Assembly: GCF_032191835.1 (NCBI RefSeq)
Contig: NC_083242.1
Coordinates: forward strand, 19,344,001-19,408,000
Direction: 5' to 3'
Source of the DNA: Heteronotia binoei
Taxonomy: Eukaryota
Length of the DNA: 64,000 nucleotides
The number at the start of each line of letters is the position of its first letter. Position 1 is the first letter of the stretch. Of the stretch, positions 58,495 to 64,000 are shown in pieces. Under the pieces are notes generated by a model. The model made no database searches, was not told where the DNA came from, and saw nothing but the letters and a program-made list of their open reading frames with translations. Position numbers and translations under genes: made by a program.

Positions 58495-61400
58495 AGAATG
58501 CCTCTTTTCAGCAGCAGTCCGCCATATTTTTATAAGTTAAAAATGGATTTTTGTGGGAATCCAGTCTCAGGGCATCTTCCTCGTTGATCAGAATGGTTTT
58601 TGTCAATTTATTTCATCCAGTTGATTAACCTGTGGGAAGCTGTGGCCTTAACCATCATAAGTTTGTACCTTCATATGTGCTTTCTGCTTGGATATTTCTT
58701 GTCTGATAAGTGGTCTCATGAAGGTATTATGGAGGAAAGAGCAGGTGACGTAGCCTGCCAGTTGTGGTACAGCTGTTGCGTGTGGCTTTAGCACATTATA
58801 ATTCCTTCCATGTGTCCCCTCCTTACAGCTTGCAACTTCTGCTTTAAGGAATAGAACAATGAGGGAGGAAGAAGTTTAACCCTATCTTCCCCTGCTCTTT
58901 TCTTGCTTGAAAAACCAGTTCTTTTTTATATCCCCCCCTCAGTGGGGTAAAACCAGCTCAGGGGAGGCTTGTCCAGTAAGAAAACTGCAGGGAGGCCTTC
59001 CCTCTCTTCCCCCACCAGTCTAGTCTCCTTGATCAAGCTATCCAGAGGTTGCATATTAAAATAAATCTCAGAAGAAACTTAGAAGGTCTTGAGCCCTTCT
59101 TATCATTCAAACTTGCTTTGGAATGTGGCGATGGTGAGTGTTGTCGCATCCAGTCTATGCAGAGCTAATCTGAATTCCTCACTGGAGCAGTACCCATAAG
59201 GGAGGGGAGCAGGGGTGGAATTCTAGCAGAAGCTCCTTTGCATATTAGGCCACACACCCCTGATGTAGCCAATTCAAGGCTCTTTTTTTGTAAGCTCTTG
59301 GAGGATTGGCTACATCGGGGTGTGTGGCCTAATATGCAAAGGAGCTCCTGCTAGAAGTCCACCCCTGAAGGGGGGGATATTTAGCCCTGCATCTTGATTC
59401 TAATAAATTCTTAGGTTTGTTTGACCAACTGTTAAGAATCAAGGTGGAAATGGCTGCATTATTTACTGCTTATAAGTGGGATTAGGTATGGACCAAAGGA
59501 GGAGTTCCCACCTGTGTCCTTAGGATGTGAAAATATGCCTTTGGGCGTTTAGAGGAAAGGGCAAGCAGGGTCAACCCTGCAGGGGAAATATGGAATTCAT
59601 GTCCCTTCTCCTTGGTGCATCTTCTCAAGACAACTGCCCTTTGTGTCTTCACCAGGAGAGTGGGCATAAAGAGCTGCTTTGAGTATGGTTTCAGAAGAGC
59701 AAAAGGGCGCTTCATCATAAGCACACACAAGGGTTTTGTCTTTCCCTACTCCAGATGTTTGAAGTGGGAGTTAGGCGGTGCACAGAACCCTCCTATGTAT
59801 GTGTTTGTGGCATGTGACTGTGAGCATACTCTCAGCTAAGTCGGAAATAGAGGGAAGGGTGTCCATTATGTGGTTGGGCTTTGAGTCAAGTGTTGTTCCG
59901 ATGCAAAATGGAATACCAGAGTCAAGAAGCAATGTGGTTTTAGTTATGTGTCGGGACAGGAAATGAAAGGAGGGTTTTCCCCCTCCCCGAAGTGGTACAG
60001 AGGAGCAGATTATATTCAGAGGGAAGGTTACCTTGGGGATTTAAGGGCAAGGATGCGTTCAGAGACCAAAAAAAGAAGCACTTTATTTTTGTAAGGACTT
60101 TTCTTGTTTGTTTTGTGCCTAAATGTCTTTCTTTGAAGTATGGAGGATAAGGGTTCTATATATAAGTGAGGGTTTTTTTAATGGAGAGAGTTTGTTTTGA
60201 TCCTGAAAACTCTTACAAAGAACCAAGCCACAAGTGATGCTGGATTATTGGCAGGTGAACCTTCCCAGCATTTGAGACTGCGATCACACACATTAAATAA
60301 TGCATTTTCAATCCACTTTAAATGCACTTTCCAACTGGATTTTGCCAGTTCACACAGTAAAATCCAGTTGGAAAGTGCATTGAAAGTGCATTATTTAGTG
60401 TGTGTGATCGCAGCCTGGGAGCCCCCAGTTCAGATCAAAATAAAAACAGGAGTATGGCAGCATCTTCAAGATTTAAAATTTAAAATAGGCTCTTGTTTTA
60501 TTTTGCTGCTGCCAATTTGGAATTACCAGTTCAAATCATAATCACAATGTGTGTGTGGGGGGGGGGGAGAATTAAGCGAGTGAATTTGCCAGTTGAAAGC
60601 AACTCTCCCCACCCCAAGTATTATTAACTTTGGAAAGAGAAGCACGTGCACGCATACAAACCAAAGTTTGAGTTCAGCGCCCCATTTAAGACCAACAAAA
60701 TTTAATTCTGGGTAGAAGCTTTTTTGAGCATGCTGGCCTTACAGGTGCCACTGGACTCAAACTTTGTTTTCTTGCTTCAGACCACCTGAATCTACTTGCA
60801 CAAAAAGACAAGCAAGTTCCTTTGCCTGTGTTTGTTCCTTTCCGCAGCTTATAATATAGGTACGTATGTTGAGGGGTTGGTTTCGATTTGCAAAACTGGA
60901 TGTTTCAAGGGAAGGAAAAGGTTAAAACCACAAAGGGAAAACAAAAAAGACAAGCCTTCAAAACAAGATGTTATAAAGGGTCAGATGTGTTCAGAGACTG
61001 GGACTGCCCTCTCCTGTTGTTTTATTTGAAAGTTTTAAATCCACAACTCAGATCTGATTTAGGTGGGTGCTATTTCTCTGTTGAAAAACAGAGAACTGGA
61101 GAGATCTTTTCATGGCTCTCTCAGGGTCATGTTGTAGCTTCCCCTTGAAAAGGGTTCAGTCAAGGCTAAAACAGTATTTTGCTTTAAACAGCTGCCTTGA
61201 TAAAAGCTAACTTTCCAATTCATAATTCTAAGGAAGAATCCAGTTCAGCAAGAAGACTTCCATAGTGTTTTGTGTAGCTAGTAATAAACTTGTGTTGCTC
61301 ACCCTGTGTGTTTCCCAAACCTCAGTCAAACTTCACCAGACCTTGGCTTTTTTAAAGTCAACAGGAGTTTAATTTGTCCTTCATGCTGCAAAAGATGGAA

Positions 61401-64000
61401 TGCAAGGGTCTCTGGATCCCTTGTGTATATGTGTCTTGGTTGTGAGCCCAAGTGGCTTTACTCCCAAGTAAAGGATCAGAAAGGTAACATTGTTCTGAAG
61501 TCGGAGTTTTAGAAAGGGCAATGTTTTCAGAGTCTGTTGACATTTCAGAGGACTGATACAAGCTTATGGCGCAGAAGAAGAATTGGGGTAGCTAGGCTGC
61601 AAGCCATAAAACCGGGAGGAAAGTGTGTAGCGTGTGGTTTTGAAAATCAAGTTTCCCAGTAGATGCTTGGGGATTTTTCTTAAAAAGCTTGCTTTTGGTA
61701 TATGCATGGTTTAATTGTGCTGGGACTCACCAAAATGCCCACTGTATATATATTTATTATTTATTTATTTAAAACATATGTCAACCTCTTCAGAGGCCCG
61801 CATGAGACGCCTCAGAAAATAAAAGAAGTAAAAATTGAAAACGTAAAAAAATAATCAAAAGCCCAGCCAATGAAGCATCAAAATAGCATTAAAAATCCAG
61901 CAGCTCCTTTTGAATAATTGTAGAGAGGCATTACGTTTCCAAATGTCATGGCAACTGAGATATAACCCCCTCCTTCTAAAGATTTCCACATTCTTTTGTG
62001 TTTTTAAAATTATCATTTATTGAATTTCTAAACCGCCCTCCCCTGGAGGGCTCAGGGCAGTGTGCATCATATGTGACATACAATTGAGTTAAGACAACAC
62101 AGTAAATAAATTTTAAAATTAGTTAAACTAATCAGTTAAAATCAGTTGGACTAGTATAGACTATTTCTGGCAAACGAGTAGAAAAATTATTTAAACAACA
62201 CACCCAATTCTCTTTAGTGAGAAAACAAAACAACGTACCCCTCACAATGCTGTTCAATTATAGCACTCTGCCTCTTTCACCAACTTTTCCAGCTATACTT
62301 TCTCCTGTGGTTAATACATCATTACAATTTACAGTCTAGAGCAATATGGTTTGCATCAGGGCTTTTTTAATAGAAAAGGCCCAATGGGAATCATTTGCAT
62401 ATTAGGCCACACCCCCTGACACCAAACCAAGTGGAACTGCATTACGGCTCATAAAAAGCCCTGGTTTACTTGAAAACGCCACAAAATGTACCTGTTGCTG
62501 AAAAATGAATATGACATTTGTAAAACCCAGATGTGGCAAAAATATCAGCAACACAGAGTCATTTCTGTATAGCAGCCTGAATTAGTTTGTGCCCCTCTCT
62601 TTGGTTTCTCCTGCATCGTCGGTTGATTAACACTTAATAGATAGTGGTAAGACCTGACCATGCTGAATGTTGTGCCAGATTGCCTCTGTAAATCTGAGGC
62701 GATCGCTGTGTTTTCAAACTTTTGGAACTCTGATGCTTCAGAACCATTGCAGATGATGTATTTGGTACTGTGTATTGTCGTATTACTGTTATATTTACTG
62801 CAGTGGTTGGACAAGACCACTAAATTATAAATTCAAACACACACACACACAACCATAGGGAGGTTAAGAAAGGGATGACTATCTTCAGGGTAGAAGTGTT
62901 TCCATTGAGATTGATGACAAAGATGGAAGATGAGTTAGTAACAGGTGAAATTCTAAGCAGGAGCTCCTTTGCATATTAGGCCACACACCCCTGAATGTAG
63001 CCAATCCTCCAAGAATTTGCAAGGCTCTTGTTTGTAGGCTCTTGGAGAATTGGCTACATCGGGAGTTTGTGGCCTAATATGCAAAGGAGCTCCTGCTAGA
63101 ATTCCAGCCCTGGTTATTAATAATGGAAGAATGAACAGTAAAGGCTATCCAGTTGGTCACATAAGTCGGCATCGTGATAAAAAGAACACATTTGGGAGTT
63201 GAGCAAGAGAAGCTAGAAATGGGGGCAGCTAGCTCAGGTGAAGACTGCTGCAGTCACACAATGCAGTGGATGAGGTGGAGGTCCAGTGTTTATAGCAAAC
63301 AGGATGCACAGGGGAGAGGAGCTGAATACAGCTTAATCGCCTTCCCAAAGAGTCCCCATTAATTGCGCTGGGAGAAGGTGGTAGTAGGTATGTTTCCCTC
63401 TAGCGGATAGGAGGATGCACTGTACCTGAAGTGTTGTGTAACCAGGTTTAAAGCAGGGCTTTTTTTGTAGCAGGCACTCCTTTGTTTATTAGGCCACACA
63501 TCCTTGATGTAGCCAATCCCCTGGAGCTTTCAGCAGGCCCTGTACTAAGAACCCTGTAAGCTCTTGGAAGATTGGCTACATCATGGGTGTGTGGCCTAAT
63601 ATGCAAAGGAGTTCCTGCTACAATAAAAGCCCTGGATTTAAGGATCTAAAGAACGAACTTCTCTCCAGGATGATTTTTGGGGGACAGCTCCCAGATTGCA
63701 TTGCAAAGCGAAAGAGGGATCTGCCTTAAGTGATTGTTGAAAAGCCACACTTTCAGATGTACTTGGTCACCAATCAAAACATTTTGGCAAGCCCAGGGTT
63801 CTCCTGTTGGCGTGTGTGTGTTTTTTTTAAGTGCTTTGTCTGTGGCCATTCAGAGTTGACTTGGCCGGTATGAGTCATCCACATCTGTCTCTGCAGAATT
63901 AATCGTTAGGAGCTGTGAGCAGATTTTGAAAGCGGCAGGGCCGAGGGCTTGTTTATAAAACAGTATTGTAGCCTAATGAGACAATCTCTATTTAAATTGA

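Overview
Vertebrate genomic DNA from a squamate reptile, most likely a gecko (inferred from the Sauria-type and other squamate SINE families). It corresponds to the COQ7-ITPRIPL2 interval. Three protein-coding genes were reconstructed on the + strand with GT-AG introns and continuous phase: COQ7 (6 exons, 2093-12746, 224 aa), a NOTUM paralog of the notum2 type (11 coding exons, 21629-45166, 460 aa, catalytic Ser-Asp-His intact) and intronless ITPRIPL2 (56645-58057, 470 aa, in a CpG island). The rest is a dense, heavily nested TE landscape: several tRNA- and 5S-derived SINE families, at least six non-autonomous hAT/MITE families with 8-bp TSDs, CR1 and L1-like 3' fragments, and a decayed chromodomain-bearing Gypsy element in notum2 intron 1. 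There are two short N gaps. The most unusual observations are four. (1) A TSD-flanked composite hAT element in COQ7 intron 1 has captured ~400 bp from a site 17.6 kb away, upstream of notum2. (2) Three uORFs are chained to each other and to the ITPRIPL2 start by ATGA stop/start overlaps. (3) A phase-consistent chain of minus-strand exons between COQ7 and notum2 may be an unannotated gene. (4) Single SINE copies contain internally amplified 79-bp and ~107-bp units. All alignments were done by eye, comparisons with human proteins are from memory, and TE family names and repeat boundaries are approximate unless a TSD is quoted.
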